A stretch of DNA of 64,000 bases from Batkoa obscura (lineage: Eukaryota): positions 248,001 through 312,000 of the forward strand of contig JASVEC010000018.1 of assembly GCA_030770535.1 (NCBI GenBank). Reading direction: 5' to 3'. Shown in pieces: positions 24,025 to 37,072 of the stretch. A model generated the notes under the pieces. The model did not search any database. It was not told where the DNA came from and saw only the letters and a program-made list of their open reading frames with translations. Positions within the stretch are counted from its first letter, which is position 1, and every line of letters begins with the position of its first letter. Position numbers and translations under genes: made by a program.

Positions 24025-24644
24025 TAAATGTAAATACGGGTGATGACGAGTTGAATTGGGTGATCTTTTTTTGTTAGTAAAATTTGATTTTTTGATTTAT
24101 TCTACGTTGTATTTGAGCACGTAAATATGATTTAAACTGTAGTTATGAGTGATGATTTAAGATATATAGTGTATTAAAATTTAAAATAGCCAGTTAGTTT
24201 AACTTTAAATATGCATTATCGACAGTATAAAACTACTTATTATAGATTATATTAAATTATAATAATATATCAAAGTTGCCAATTGAACATTGTTTAAGGA
24301 TAAAATAAATATAAAGTCTAAAGAAAATGTAGGAAATCAAAGTGTAATAATTTACTATGATAAAGATTATCTCTTTTATTTGCAGTTTATGTTTAGTTTT
24401 ATTTTTTCATACTAATCAAGATATAATAAAAGTATTAATTACTCCCAATTCAACTTGAAAATGGAATGAATAACAATCAGAAGTTAACTCAAATTAAAAA
24501 GTATATTCGTGTCTAAACAATTAGCATTAAAACACAAATAAACCCTAAACCAAACTATCAGGGTAATATTATTTTGTATCATATAATTAAATTTCAAATA
24601 ATACGCCAAAGCATAAAATTAAATACAATCAAACATAGCAACTT

Positions 24645-25412
24645 TTAATTACTATTCACTAAATCATAAGACCCTTTAGTTTCCCCATTTGTCTTTTCGC
24701 CAACCCCTGAGTTATCCGCAGTAAACTCATTATCCTTATTTTCACCTCTATACCTATCTTCTTTTTCAATTCTTTCCGGTGATACACTAGCAGTGTTCCT
24801 TTTCATGCTCCTACCTCTTTCTGAGGACCTTGAACGATATCTTGGTGACCTTGATTTACGTGGTGAATATGGTGAACGTGAGCGTAGTCGTTGATTTGAA
24901 TAAGGTGATCTTGATCGATATCGATGTGATGAATGAGGTGATCTTGATCGATAACGTCGTGACGATAAAGGTGATCTTGATCGATACCGACGACCTAAAT
25001 AAGGGGATCTTGAAATTGGTCCCGTATACCTTGGTCTAGGTGACCTTGAACGTGGACCTGGACCTGGACCTGGACCTGTATACTTTGGCCTTGGAGATCT
25101 TGAGCGTCTTCTAGGGCTCATCCTACGATGCCTTGGGCCATTTTCGAGCCTATCAAGATCCAACTTTGTTCTTGCCCATTCAATATAGATTTTTGAACCA
25201 TTAAGGTTAAAGTTAGCTTGGTTTTGCATTGCTGCTTCAGCATCCTTTGGATTCGCATATTCTACAAAAGCAAATGGGAACGCATGCTTTGTACGCGCCA
25301 TTGGTATATCACATCGAATAATTGGTCCATATTTTTCAAATTCAACAGCTAACTCTTTTGCTCGAATCGTTGGACTAAAGCCCCTTACATAGATGGTGGT
25401 CATGCCGCTCAT
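24645..25412 (-). CDS. SR-family splicing factor (RRM + RS domain)
   Basis: N-terminal RRM (TIYVRGF, FAFVEY, IYIEWAR) followed by RSRSP repeats. Confidence 0.88.
   Translation of the reverse strand: MSGMTTIYVRGFSPTIRAKELAVEFEKYGPIIRCDIPMARTKHAFPFAFVEYANPKDAEAAMQNQANFNLNGSKIYIEWARTKLDLDRLENGPRHRRMSPRRRSRSPRPKYTGPGPGPGPRSRSPRPRYTGPISRSPYLGRRYRSRSPLSSRRYRSRSPHSSHRYRSRSPYSNQRLRSRSPYSPRKSRSPRYRSRSSERGRSMKRNTASVSPERIEKEDRYRGENKDNEFTADNSGVGEKTNGETKGSYDLVNSN
24870..25075 (-). repeat. Coding tandem repeats in the RS domain (33-nt RRYRSRSPxS-type units; GP dipeptide run)
   Basis: GGTGATCTTGATCGATA recurs every 33 nt; (TGGACC)n lies at ~25052-25077. Confidence 0.75.
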
Positions 25413-26020
25413 AATTTTGCACTAATAGTATATATGTAAGAGGATAATCGATATTGAGTAAGTTAGGGGTTATGATTATTCATAGTTATATGCAAGTATA
25501 AAGTAATTGTTAAAAAGTTATTACCAAAACTAATGATTTTTTAAAGGTTATAAAAAAAATAAATAAATTTTGAGTTTCTAGCATTTATTTTATCTTGATA
25601 ACAATTCATTTCATTGGCTTATAGTTTATTTTTTAGATTCTAAAGAACCCTTTTTAGTTGTTGAAATTACTTTTATTTAATATTACAGGTTCAAATGAAG
25701 GAATGAGTTCCAAATAGCATTAATTTAGCCCAATAATAGTAAAATATCAGTACTGATATTAGGTTAAAGGAAGCTATTTAAAAGAATTATTCATACTTAA
25801 TTAATCTTGGATATTACTACCACTATTTTTAATTCACTAATTAAAATTGAATACTTTTACAAAGTCCAATCAAATTACAACAAGTTTAGCGCCATTAGAG
25901 GAAAAGTTTTTTGTTTTACAAAAGTTATCTAGGGTAATTTTAATTTTAAGTTTTGTTTGTATTCAATTCATTTCAGCATACATTCAATAAACTAGTATCG
26001 ATAATAATAAATTAATAAAG

Positions 26021-27941
26021 ATGACAGATACTGTTTCATTTGACAATATGTATAAAGTATATATCGAGGCACTTAACACTATTTCAATTAATTTATTTGA
26101 TTTTTATAAAAAAAATGGTTCAAGATACAACTTGGAGTTTATTAAATCAACATATCAAGCCCATTTACTACCTAAAATCGACGAGTTAATGGAAGCAGCT
26201 AAATCTATTCAGGATAATATTAATAAAGAAAATAAAGATAAAGAAGATTATAAAGAGAATAAGGATTATACTGAACTTGTTAAATCAACCCTTGAGATAA
26301 GTTTTAGATTTTTTTATTGGAATATTAAAGTAAGATTATCGCTCCATCTGAAGTTACAGCATTAACTGTTTCTAGAATACAATGACCAACGAAAAGATGG
26401 ATCTTGAACCTTTGTATCTTTACCTAGATTTAGTCCATTATTGTGCTGACCAAGGTAGCGTAATCAAAGTTTCTAAAACTAATAACTAATTTTGAGTAGA
26501 ATTCTGCGACTTATCATTTCCATTAATTTTGATTGAAGAAATCTGTGCTACTCTTACTTCTAATGATTTAATTTATATTATTACTTATCTTTCTGAACGC
26601 ATTGGCTTGATTACCGATAAAATGATACCTAATGTAGGAAAAAGTTTGGTGTTTTTAAGAATATGTAATGATTTACAACGTAGAGCAGTTAATATTAAAG
26701 AAGGGACATATCGTGGAGAACTTCGAGTTTTATTAACTAAATCACTCCCACTAAATGATCGATCTGGAGTAAATACTCGTGGTGACTTTAATCTTGATAG
26801 TATTCCAAGATATGATAAAGAAAAAGATGCCAATTATAATGTTTCTGATGAAGATAAAAGACAACATAAACGTTTTTGGAAATTAATTAATTACCTTTGT
26901 AATCCAATACAGTTATTTGATATTAATACATTTAGAGAATTTCAATCTTCCATTGATTGGGTATTTGATCGCTTTAAAACTTCGTCTACAGAAAGGCGTG
27001 AAGCATTGAAAAAGTTTCGAACGAACCAAAGTAGATTACCCTCCTCTATTCGTGAAGCAAATGCTAAAAAAGCAGTTCAACGGCCCAAGTTAGAAAATAT
27101 AGCAACCAATTCTTTAGTTCATTTTTTAACAGATTTAAAAGTATTCCCTCATCAATTAAATGATCCTGATTTTCAACGAACTGTATTAGTACAAATTTGT
27201 ATTGTATTACAATTTCTCTCTTCTATTGATCAAACCTCTTCTACTACTTTTCCTGTGGCTGCTAGACCACCAGCCAATTTTAATTGGAATAGAGATCAAT
27301 CAGAATGGCTTATAAGATGTAAAGAAAGAGCATTTGATGCTTGTAGAGATTCTCCATTTGGTGGTGAACGTTTTCCACGTTTTATTCGAGATATACTTAA
27401 ATTTGAACCTGCATTTTCAACTTGGAAAAATTTAGGATGTTCAGCTTATCCACAACCCAATGGACAAAAGTTAGATGCTAAACAAACTAGAGAGATCATT
27501 GAAAAAGAAAGAAAAGATAAACAAAAACATCAAATTAATGGAGCTAAAAATAAAGAAAAAATGTTAACTAAAGTTAAATTACCACCTTATACTATGGGTA
27601 GTCAAAAATTATCGGAATTATGGAAACTGGGGGAAATGAATCGAAATTATTTACAAAGTAATAATCCAAATGTAAAGAAAAGAAGTTACCCTGATTTGGA
27701 TCAATTTTTAGATGAAAAATCAAAAGAAGCTAAAAAGTATGATGAAAATGATGAATATCGTCGTACCCTTTCTTGGATGGGTATGAGACTTGCTTTCCAA
27801 ACGGATGTTACTTTACTTTCAAGTTTGGAAAAGACAGATATTGTTGCGCTAAAAGATGTCATTGAAGATAAAAAGAAGAATATTAGTCAGATAAATGTGG
27901 AGAATAAGAATGATGAAGGAAAGGAAAAGAAAACAGATTAA
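26021..27941 (+). CDS. THOC1: THO complex subunit 1 (THOC1/Hpr1), multi-exon
   Basis: LIEEIC, GKSLVFLRICNDLQRR, FLTKSLPLNDRSGVNTRGDFN-type motif, FWKLINYLCNP, QLNDPDFQRTVLVQ, WKNLGC, MGSQKLSELW. Confidence 0.87.
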
Positions 27942-28374
27942 ACTTTTATTGTCACCCTTGAATGGCTTAACCTTATCATTCTATTTTAGTTTAATCTTAA
28001 TCTTTTACTATAATCTACATATCAATAATAAAACTTTTATTTATTTCTATTACAATTAACAGTTTTTAGTATTATTATATTGATAATATGTATTGAGTAG
28101 ATTTACAAAATAGTTAATATATTTTTATAAATAAATTTAATCAACTAATAAGTTCTTTTCATGAAATTTGATCCAAAAGAGCTAATATCAAAATTATTAA
28201 ATACATATTAAATACAATAACAATCCTAAAATAACATTTAGGGATTAACCTGATTGTACTTTAAAACAATATAAATGAAAACTGAGAAGTTTGGTTGATG
28301 TAAAATAGTCAATTCAAAAGTAAAGGTGAGAATAAGTTTATACTTTAAAACAGTCTTATTATATTAAACAAATA

Positions 28375-28465
28375 GTAATATATTTTTTTGTTCAAGGATT
28401 TTACTAACAATTTTTCCATTCAAATAGTACTTAATGCAAAAAATAATGAAACCAAAAAAATGTCT
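28375..28465 (-). mobile_element. MITE family A, copy 11 (degenerate)
   Basis: Core ATTTTACTAACAATTTTTCCATTCAAATAG...AATGAAACCAAAA; ends are eroded. Confidence 0.65.
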
Positions 28466-29486
28466 AAGTATAGCTCCTTTTGTTTGTGTTATAACTTTTA
28501 AAACATTTTATTAAATTTTTTAGTAGTAGCTGTTAAATGTAACCCATTTTCTAATGATTAAAGAAAGGTTGTCCACAAGCGTTATATAAATTAATAAAAC
28601 TAAAGTTAAAAGTTCAAATAGTTTTCCTTTACTTTTCAAAAGATACAGTATTATAAAGGTAGTTATTAGTGTAATAATAAAAAGATACTATTATAACAAA
28701 GATAGTTTTATGTTGAAGTTATAATATCTTTTACAATAAAGACAAGGTCAACGCAAAAAGAACTAAAGTAAAAACTCTCAGAAATATCCTTATCACTTGG
28801 ATTGTTTTTAAATAATTAGCATTATTTAAATACTATCATTAAAGACTGTTATTAATAGTATAAATAGCATTGTCATGTTCACCATAGTTATTAAAATAGG
28901 ATTGAAATTAGAACTCCAATGGCAAGTAGATCAATCATTTTTGTAGTTATAAATTAGAAATTCATTTTCAACTAGAGTAAAAAATATCATCTAAATGTTT
29001 ATAATGTCAAAAATTATACTAGCATTATTTAAATAAAGGAAATCTAGTTGACACAATATTACCATTAAAATAACAAAGGGATTAGCGATTAAAGTTTTAT
29101 TAAGTTTAAATAGTCATTTTTATATAAGGTTTGAAGGATTAAAAGTTTTACAGATGCTATTAGTTTTATTCACAACCATCTGGTATTGTTAAACAGAAAA
29201 TTCCTTGATAGAACTGAACTGGATACTGGTTAATATCTAAAAAGAAAAGCAAATAATTTATAATTTTTAGCATAACCAGCCTATTTATTGTTGTTATTAT
29301 TGCTATTATTATAGGGTTTATATGATATTTAGGAGGAAAGTCTAGAAGATCATATAAGCCAAAAAGAACAGAGGAGAAGTAAGAGAGCTATAATTTAGAC
29401 CAATCCAAATAAGGAGTGTTATCATGTATCAAATGTGGTAATTGAGGCCTTTGACTAGTTTTTATGTTTAACACAGGATGCTATAT

Positions 29487-29583
29487 AAGGATATTTTTTT
29501 GATTTCATCACTTTTTTCATTTTCAAGGGCTATTTAAGTGAAAAGATTGTTAGGAAAATTCCTAAATAAAAAAATATATCCCC
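29487..29583 (+). mobile_element. MITE family A, copy 12
   Basis: Core present, ends ATCCCC, ATAT on both sides. Confidence 0.78.
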
Positions 29584-30095
29584 ATATTTTTCAATTCTTT
29601 TTCTAACTATTAATCAATTTATAATTTTTTGATTTTAATATACTAAAAGCCATCTTTGATATAGAATTTTTAAACACGCTTAGGAATACTATAGACCAAG
29701 CATCTAAAAAAGAAGCAACTTTTTACATCATGTATTGTATTAAAAGCTTATATCTTTTCTATAGTTGTTTGGGTTAGTTAAGATTAGCATTAGATTTAAG
29801 TTTGATGATTTGATCTTAAACAAGTACATCATCCCTCTATTTAAACTTATTAGCTAAGAAATACTACCAACCAGATTGAAGCTATAAAATAATATTAAAA
29901 TATCACTTTATTTCTTTTTAATGTGTCTAAACTAATGCCTATCTTTGATACTGTTGATTGGGTCATATGAAATATTTAACTTAAAGCCCAATTTTCAATT
30001 AGAAGTAAAAGAATATATAAATGAGATGTACCAATGAGTAAGGTGCTTTTAATATGGGGTTTTTATTAATCATTTAATATTTTAGATAAGTATAT

Positions 30096-30193
30096 GGGGG
30101 TGTATTTTTGTATTAAAAATTTTACTAAAAATCTTTCCACTTAAATAGTGCTTAAAGATGGAAAAAGTGATGAAACCAAAAAAAAACATTTCC
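30096..30193 (-). mobile_element. MITE family A, copy 13
   Basis: GGGGGTGTA...CATTTCC with ATAT on both sides. Confidence 0.8.
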
Positions 30194-30547
30194 ATATAAT
30201 TTATATATATTAGGTTTAATTTTTAGTATTCTTGCATTGTATAACAGAAGAAATTACTATATGTCTAATAATACTTAAAATCTTTGGTAAACAAAAAGTA
30301 TTAAAGATATTTGAAGGATATAGAAAGCTATACAATAGTATACATGTTCTGCGCTTAAAATATAACGAAAACAGCTCACATAGTGAGTTTAAAGAAGGAT
30401 TAAAGTATATCATAGGAGTAAACTTATACTATTATTAGAAAGCTAAACTTCAATTTAGAATTCTCAAAGCATGTAGAAGAACAAAGTTTTTGAATACCAA
30501 AATGGTCAAAGAGTTAAGCCAAGAAGAACATTAATTATTAAAAACAT

Positions 30548-30646
30548 GGGGATGTATTTTTATGTTTAAGAATTTTACTAACAATTTTCCCACTCAAATA
30601 GCGCTTAGAAGATGGAAAAAGTAATGAAGCCAAAAAAAACATCCCC
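30548..30646 (-). mobile_element. MITE family A, copy 14
   Basis: GGGGATGT...ACATCCCC with flanks ACAT / ATAT. Confidence 0.85.
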
Positions 30647-30794
30647 ATATATAGGGTTTAAGGAAACTAATGTTAAAATATAATTTATAGTTTTAAAGTT
30701 TTAATAGAATCAATCCTTTAGCTTTAGATGATTCAATTCTAGATTGATAAATTTTATTATGTGTTATCCAATAAAATTTCATAAACATCTATGG

Positions 30795-31258
30795 TGTGAA
30801 ATATCGCTTTGTCAGTCCCATGGTTAATTATAACATAACAATTGCCTAAGCTGTTGTGTTCTCGAGCTCAGAGGAAATCAATCCCATGTTCTTATTTTGA
30901 TTTGTTATGAGAATTTCTAGTTCCATCCAAAAGAATATTATCTTCTCATTTTGATACTTATACTTTTCAGAGTATAAAGGAGTTTACAGAGTATAATAGT
31001 TCGAGGCTTTTTAACTGAATTAATCCCTGATATCTCGAACATTTAATAAAGCCACTAAGTTTTCTTAATAGTATTTTACATAGATTTTACATTAGTATTG
31101 TCTATTCTATTTGTCTTATATAGCTTGTAACCTATTACGTGCTATTCCTCATAATCCAAGCCTATCTTAGTCACATAAACTAAGACCTTTCGACTTATAG
31201 TGTAGTCAACCCAGCAATAGCTGTTCTTGACTCCAAACCCTGAGTACGAGATTTTACA
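30795..31258 (+). mobile_element. Solo-LTR-like element B, copy 3 (464 bp)
   Basis: TGTGAAAT...ATTTTACA ends, ATGG duplicated at 30791-30794 and 31259-31262. Near-identical to 5882-6345. Confidence 0.82.
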
Positions 31259-31626
31259 ATGGCTTGAAATTTCTAGTTTTACATCTATATTCTAATATTA
31301 AAATGCTAACTAATATACTTTAAACTGTTATTATATTATTATATTGTTATACTGTACAGCTAAATTTATTATTTTAATTGTAATAACAATGTATAATAAT
31401 GTTTTTTTTACTAATTTTTCTTTTTACTGCTTTTTTAAAATTTTGAATATTAACTAACTAATGAAAATAATTTAAACTTGAAATAAAAGGCATTTATAGA
31501 AAAACATAAAATTACAGTAAAGTTTAATTTTTTTAAAATAACAAAGGACAATTGGTAAAAACACTTTCATATATAAAATCCGTAATAAAACAAATCTTAC
31601 TTTTTATTTTTAACTAATATAACTTT

Positions 31627-33163
31627 TTAGTCCATAAAAACCTCTTTTAATTTATCATTCCAATGTTGTTCCCACTTCACTTTCCCAAACTCCAAAGCTC
31701 CCTCTTTAAGTTCTTCGATATTAACTATACTTCGATTTTCTTTTTTTAAAAACAAGGATTCTAAATTCAAAGCTAATTCTTCCGCCGAAGAAAATACTAA
31801 ACCATTTTTATTATGTTGAACTAATTCAGATAAACACATAAAATCCATGGCACAAACTGGTAATCCAGTACCAAACATATCTACAATTTTCATTGGTAAA
31901 TCTAAACCTGATGATGATAAATGTAATGATATTCCTAAATCAGCACAGGCTAATAATTTGGGATAAAATGCAATTGGTAGCCAAGTGGTAATGATTTTAA
32001 CATATGTTAATTGATCATTTAATTGTTTAATTTTTAATTCATAATTTTCTTTCTCAGGTCCTTTACCGGTGATTATTATAGCTAATTTGGTCGGATTAAT
32101 ATTGGAATTACTCAAAATAGTAGTGTTATAAATTTCTATTGCTTTTAATAAAATTGAAAAGTCTTCATCAGGAGTCCAACTAGTACTACTAACAATTAAT
32201 TTAACTCTGTTTTTTCTATATTCTATTTTGACTTCTTGATTTTTTTCTGTAATTAAACTTGTCTCTTTTTCATCATCAATATAAAGTTGCTTTTTTAATA
32301 ATTGAAATTCCGATTGAGTGTTTTCTAATTGCAACATAAATTCATGAATTTGACTTAATTCCATAGGTTGGAACTCTTCCGCTGATTTATCATGTACTAC
32401 TATTATCTTGCCACTTGAATTATAAAAAATATTAAAACTATAATTACTGATAGAGTAATGATAATAATATTTACCTAACTTTCCATTCATTTTTTAATTC
32501 TGAAGCCATAGCTTCAGTCACAGTAATATGAATAAATGCCCACTTTGCAAATAATTTTTCATAAAAATAAGCGAATTTGACTATCGGATGAGAAATACCC
32601 AATTTTAAACTCAATATTGAATAACCAAAATTATGCCAATCGATGATCAATTGACTTTGTTTTATAAAGCAGACTAATTGAACGACTATTAAGGTTGGTA
32701 TGGCAGGTGGGTTCTATAGGAAATGATATTGAATATTAGTATTATTTTAGATTCAAATATTATTGAAAGTTCTATTTACTTGTATTAATATAAAATCAGA
32801 AGTTGGTAATTGTAATAAACAACTTAATAAAGAAAAAAATAAAAATAAAGCTTTAAATGGGGCATAAAGTAAATAAAGATAGGCTGGTAAATTAGGTGGT
32901 AAAGGTTGTATTTGGGATAAATAATTAATATTAATATTTTCTTTTTCTAATATTTTGATAGGCAATTTAGAATCTAAAAAATTAAATTTAAATGATTTAG
33001 TTGATGTTATATATGTAATATTTATCTTTTGACTTTGTTAATTACCTTTATAACCAACTAAATCTACTTTATAATTTGGCAAATTAGCAATAGATAATGC
33101 TTGATTTATTATCCTTGGCGAATGACCTAAATCTCCTAATACTACTACAATTGCTCGTTTCAT
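31627..33163 (-). CDS. ALG1: Chitobiosyldiphosphodolichol beta-1,4-mannosyltransferase, multi-exon
   Basis: MKRAIVVVLGDLGHSPR, QNPPAIPT, IIDWHNFGYSIL, VSSTSWTPDEDF, ADLGISLHLSSSGLDLPMKIVDMFG. Confidence 0.93.
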
Positions 33164-33320
33164 TTTAAAAAATTATCAAAAAATAAAAACAAATTTAACT
33201 AGAACAAAACAAAATTTATAAAGAACCAATAAGAATTCAACTTTAATTTTTTATTTCTATAACTAATAAAATATTATTAATAAATTCTATTCCAATTCAA
33301 CTCATTTTATATCTTATCCT

Positions 33321-36270
33321 TTACTTTCTTCTAATCATTTTTTTCTTTTGTCTTTTTTTATTAACAAATACTTTTTTCTTATCTTTATCTTCTTCTTTCC
33401 CTTTCTTAAATTTATTTTGTTTATTTTCCTTTTCTTCCTTATCATGAACAAACTTTCTCTTTTTATTATCATTATTACGATCCGTACGACGTTTTAGTAT
33501 CACTTTGTTTTCAATAGCAAATTCTACCATCAATAAATGTCCACGTATAGTTTCTTCATGTTTTTTTCCTTTAGCTAATTTACTTTTTTCTGGAAATACA
33601 GCTGGATTACAATTTAAATACCTTAAAGCTGCTAATGCATGTGCATGATGTGTAAATTCAACAAATCCATATCCTTTTGATCGGGCTAAATTTGTTTTTG
33701 CGTCAACTCGATCTTTACTACGTACTATTTTTGCCTAATGAAATACAATATTATAAACATCATTATATTATATTATTAATATTTTATATTTTACCTGAGT
33801 TACCATTGGTTTTTTATCCCAACCTTCTTTCATTTCATCTTTAGATAAAGGATCTCTTAATTTCTTTTGAACTTGAGCTTTAAATTTATCAACAGCAGAA
33901 TGAGCTATTGTTTTTAATTTACGATCATCTATTTCTAATGGTAAATTTCTAACAGCTAATCTTGTTTTAGATATAAATAAAGATGGGTTTGATTGCATTT
34001 GATCTTTTCTTGCTTTATATGATTCTTGACGTCGTTTGATTTCTTTTTCTTCTAATTTTTTACCTGCATCACTTTGAGGAAAGATTACACCTTCACGTAA
34101 TAAATAATAATTTCGTTTATCTACTTTAGGATTCTTTTTTTCATTTGTTAATTCAGCGGCTGAATCTTTTGTAACTGCTGATGTTACTAATAATAATCGA
34201 CCTTGTAATGTAAATTTTTCATTATTTTCATTAGGAGCATCGGAAACTAATACCGATTTGATACCTTTTGTATTCTAATATATTAAAATTAATTTATTAA
34301 TTTTAACGATTTACTCAATAAAAAATTAAACTTACATTAGCATGTTCGTGTTCCCAATTTAATGTTTTTGATAACTTTAAACAATTGATTGCATCTTTTG
34401 GGTTAATAAAACTAACGAATCCTGTACCTTTAGATCTTCCAGTATCTCTATCAAATACAACTCGTGCATAACGTAATTTACCAAATTCTGAAAACCTATT
34501 TTAATTTTTAATGTATTTATATAATAATATAGAATAAATAAGTTTACTTTCCAAATAGATCTTCATCTTTAGTTTCAAATAATAAATTTCTTATAAATAA
34601 AGTACACTCTGGTGGTACAACTATTTTTTTTGGTTCTTTATCTTTTTTATTATTGGTTTTTTCTTCATCTTCCTCTTCTTTCTCTTCTTCTTCTTCAGAA
34701 CTTTCTATACTACTATCCTCTTCTTCAGAACTTTCTAGCAAATCTTCTTCTTCTTCTTCTTCTTCAAACATCGAACTCTTAAATGGTTTGCCATCATCAT
34801 TATCCTGATTTTCTTGTTTTATTTCACCATCAATTTCTTCTTCTTCTTCTTCTTGTTTAACTTTAATTTCAACTTCTTCTTCCTCTTCTTTAACTTCATC
34901 ATCATCATCATTAAAACTAGCTTTTGATACACAAAAATCAATAGCAATCTTACGACCACTATGTTCTGTACCATTTAATTTTTCAATGGCCTATAAAAAT
35001 TAAATATTAAAATTAAACTACAAATTGAAATTATTAAAAATAAAAAACATACTTCTTCAGCCATAACTAATTCAGGATACTGTACAAAAGCAAACCCTTT
35101 TAATTTATTTTTATCATCTTTTGGTATTTTTGTTTCAATAACCGGTCCTATTTTTTCAAATATTTTTTCTAATTCACGTTCTTGAATCTAATTAAAAAAT
35201 AAACAAATCATCCATTATACCTATACTAAAATACTTACTTTAAATGCTAAATTTCGAATAATCAATCGACATTTTTTAGTCTAAAATAAGATACAATTAA
35301 TTGAATTTCATTTTTCTATTAAGTAGTAATTCACCTTCAACAACAAATTAGTCAATATAGTAGCATGAATAATTTTATTATCAGCCATTTTATTTTGTAA
35401 TTTCGAACAAGCTAATTGAGCCAATTCCACCGTTTCATATAATGCTCTAGCTAAAAACATCAAATTAATACTTTATTCTCAAAAATAAACATTCAAAACT
35501 ACTTACCATATCCTGTCACAAAATAAGTAGAAACTGGTTTAATTGAGTTATCTTGTAAAAATTTAACTAATCTAGCTTTTCCCATTGATTTAGGTATATT
35601 GGATATAAACATAGTTCTATCCGACTCTACTTGATCATCTTTTGGTTTTGGATTATTATAAACTTTTATTTGTTTGGCTTTTTTGCTCGGTTTAGCTTCG
35701 GCTTCATCTAAAATATTTTTTTTTTAAAAAGGTTAATATTTTAAACTATATCTTATAAAACACCAATAATTACTTGTTTTTTCATTAGCAAATTCCATCT
35801 TTAATTTTCTTCCTTCAAACTCTTTAGTTGATAATTCAGTTATAGCTTTCTCTGCATCAGCTCTTAAAGCACTAAGATAAAAAATAGTTATTAATCCTCT
35901 ATCCTATCAAACAATCCAACTAAAAGATGAACTTACTAACTAACAAAACCAAAACCTCGATTAATTTGTTTATTTTCTTTATCTATAATAATTAATATTA
36001 TTAATACCCATTATCAATTATTTAACTTCTAATAAACTTACCTTTAACAATAAATGCTCTTTTCAATGGTCCAATATCTTGAAAAAAGGTTTCAAATTGC
36101 TCATCAGTAGCAGTGAATGGGATACCACGAATGAATAATGTGTTACTATTTTGAATACCTTCTGAGGAATCGGCGTTTTGTAAAGCAGCGAGGTCTTCAT
36201 CAAAGGTAACATCTTCTTGTTTGATCTCGATGTTAGGAGCAGTAGTAGCTTGGCGCTTATTTTGACTCAT
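33321..36270 (-). CDS. NOP4: Nucleolar multi-RRM protein Nop4/RBM28, multi-exon
   Basis: Several RRMs (TLFIRGIPF, RLIIRNLAF, TLFIRNLLF), an acidic linker, DKRNLYLLREG, NPSLFISKTRLAVRNLP, RSKGYGFVEF..HAHALAALR, VEFAIEN. Confidence 0.9.
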
Positions 36271-36388
36271 TTTCTTATTTTTCGAAATAAAATTTTTGAG
36301 AAAATGAAAATTCGAAATTGATAGTTCAATTGGGTTTATGCTTGAATACCAATTCTAAGTTCAAGTTTGCAAAATTGGATCCACCTCT

Positions 36389-36398
36389 TGAAAAATTT
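36389..36398. promoter_or_regulatory. Possible RRPE-like ribosome-biogenesis element upstream of NOP4
   Basis: TGAAAAATTT lies ~120 nt upstream of the ATG of a ribosome-biogenesis gene. Weak, because the motif is common in AT-rich DNA. Confidence 0.25.
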
Positions 36399-36976
36399 CG
36401 AATCAATTTTCAGTAAATTTAAAAGCAGTAAATTTTCAAAAAAAACTCAAATTCAGTATATTTAATAATTTTTTTCAAAAAAATTGATATTAGAGAAATA
36501 TGTAAGTATTTTGTTAATGAATGTAAAGTAAAAATAAGATGAAGACATAAAAAAATGGGAATTGAGTAAAATTGATAACTCAAGGAAAGGTAAAAGGTGA
36601 AACAATGGTAATTTAATAATTGAGATTTATTGACTTTAAAAAGTTTTAAATAGTAAGCTTTAAATGTAAGTCATTAACTAAAACAACAAAAAATATATTA
36701 TTCAACATTGAATTATCACTAATAAAGAAAAAAGTCAGTTCTAAAAAATCAGTAACAATATATCTTTTTTATTACAATTTCAACTCATTTTTAATTTCAA
36801 TATTAACAACATGTACCATTTTTATATTTTACACTTTATGATTTAATTTAAATTTTGAATCTACTCTATAACCTTATTTAAACAGTTATAAATACAATAA
36901 ATATAAGAAAAAAAATCAAATTACATAAAAGTTATAACTTATGTAAAGCCCTTTTTATATTTTAGTCTCACTATTA

Positions 36977-37072
36977 GGAAAGGGGTTTTGGGTTCATCAT
37001 TTTCCCATCTTTTAAGTGCTATTTAAGTAGAGAAATTATTAGTAAAATTCTTAAACACAAGAATACATCCTT
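36977..37072 (+). mobile_element. MITE family A, copy 15 (diverged)
   Basis: Core CCATCTTTTAAGTGCTATTTAAGT...AGTAAAATTCTTAAACAC...TACATCC. Confidence 0.72.

Noticed and set aside
24040..24160. GTGATGA boxes as a C/D snoRNA
   Set aside because: No suitably placed CTGA box D or terminal stem was found, and it lies in the likely 3'UTR.
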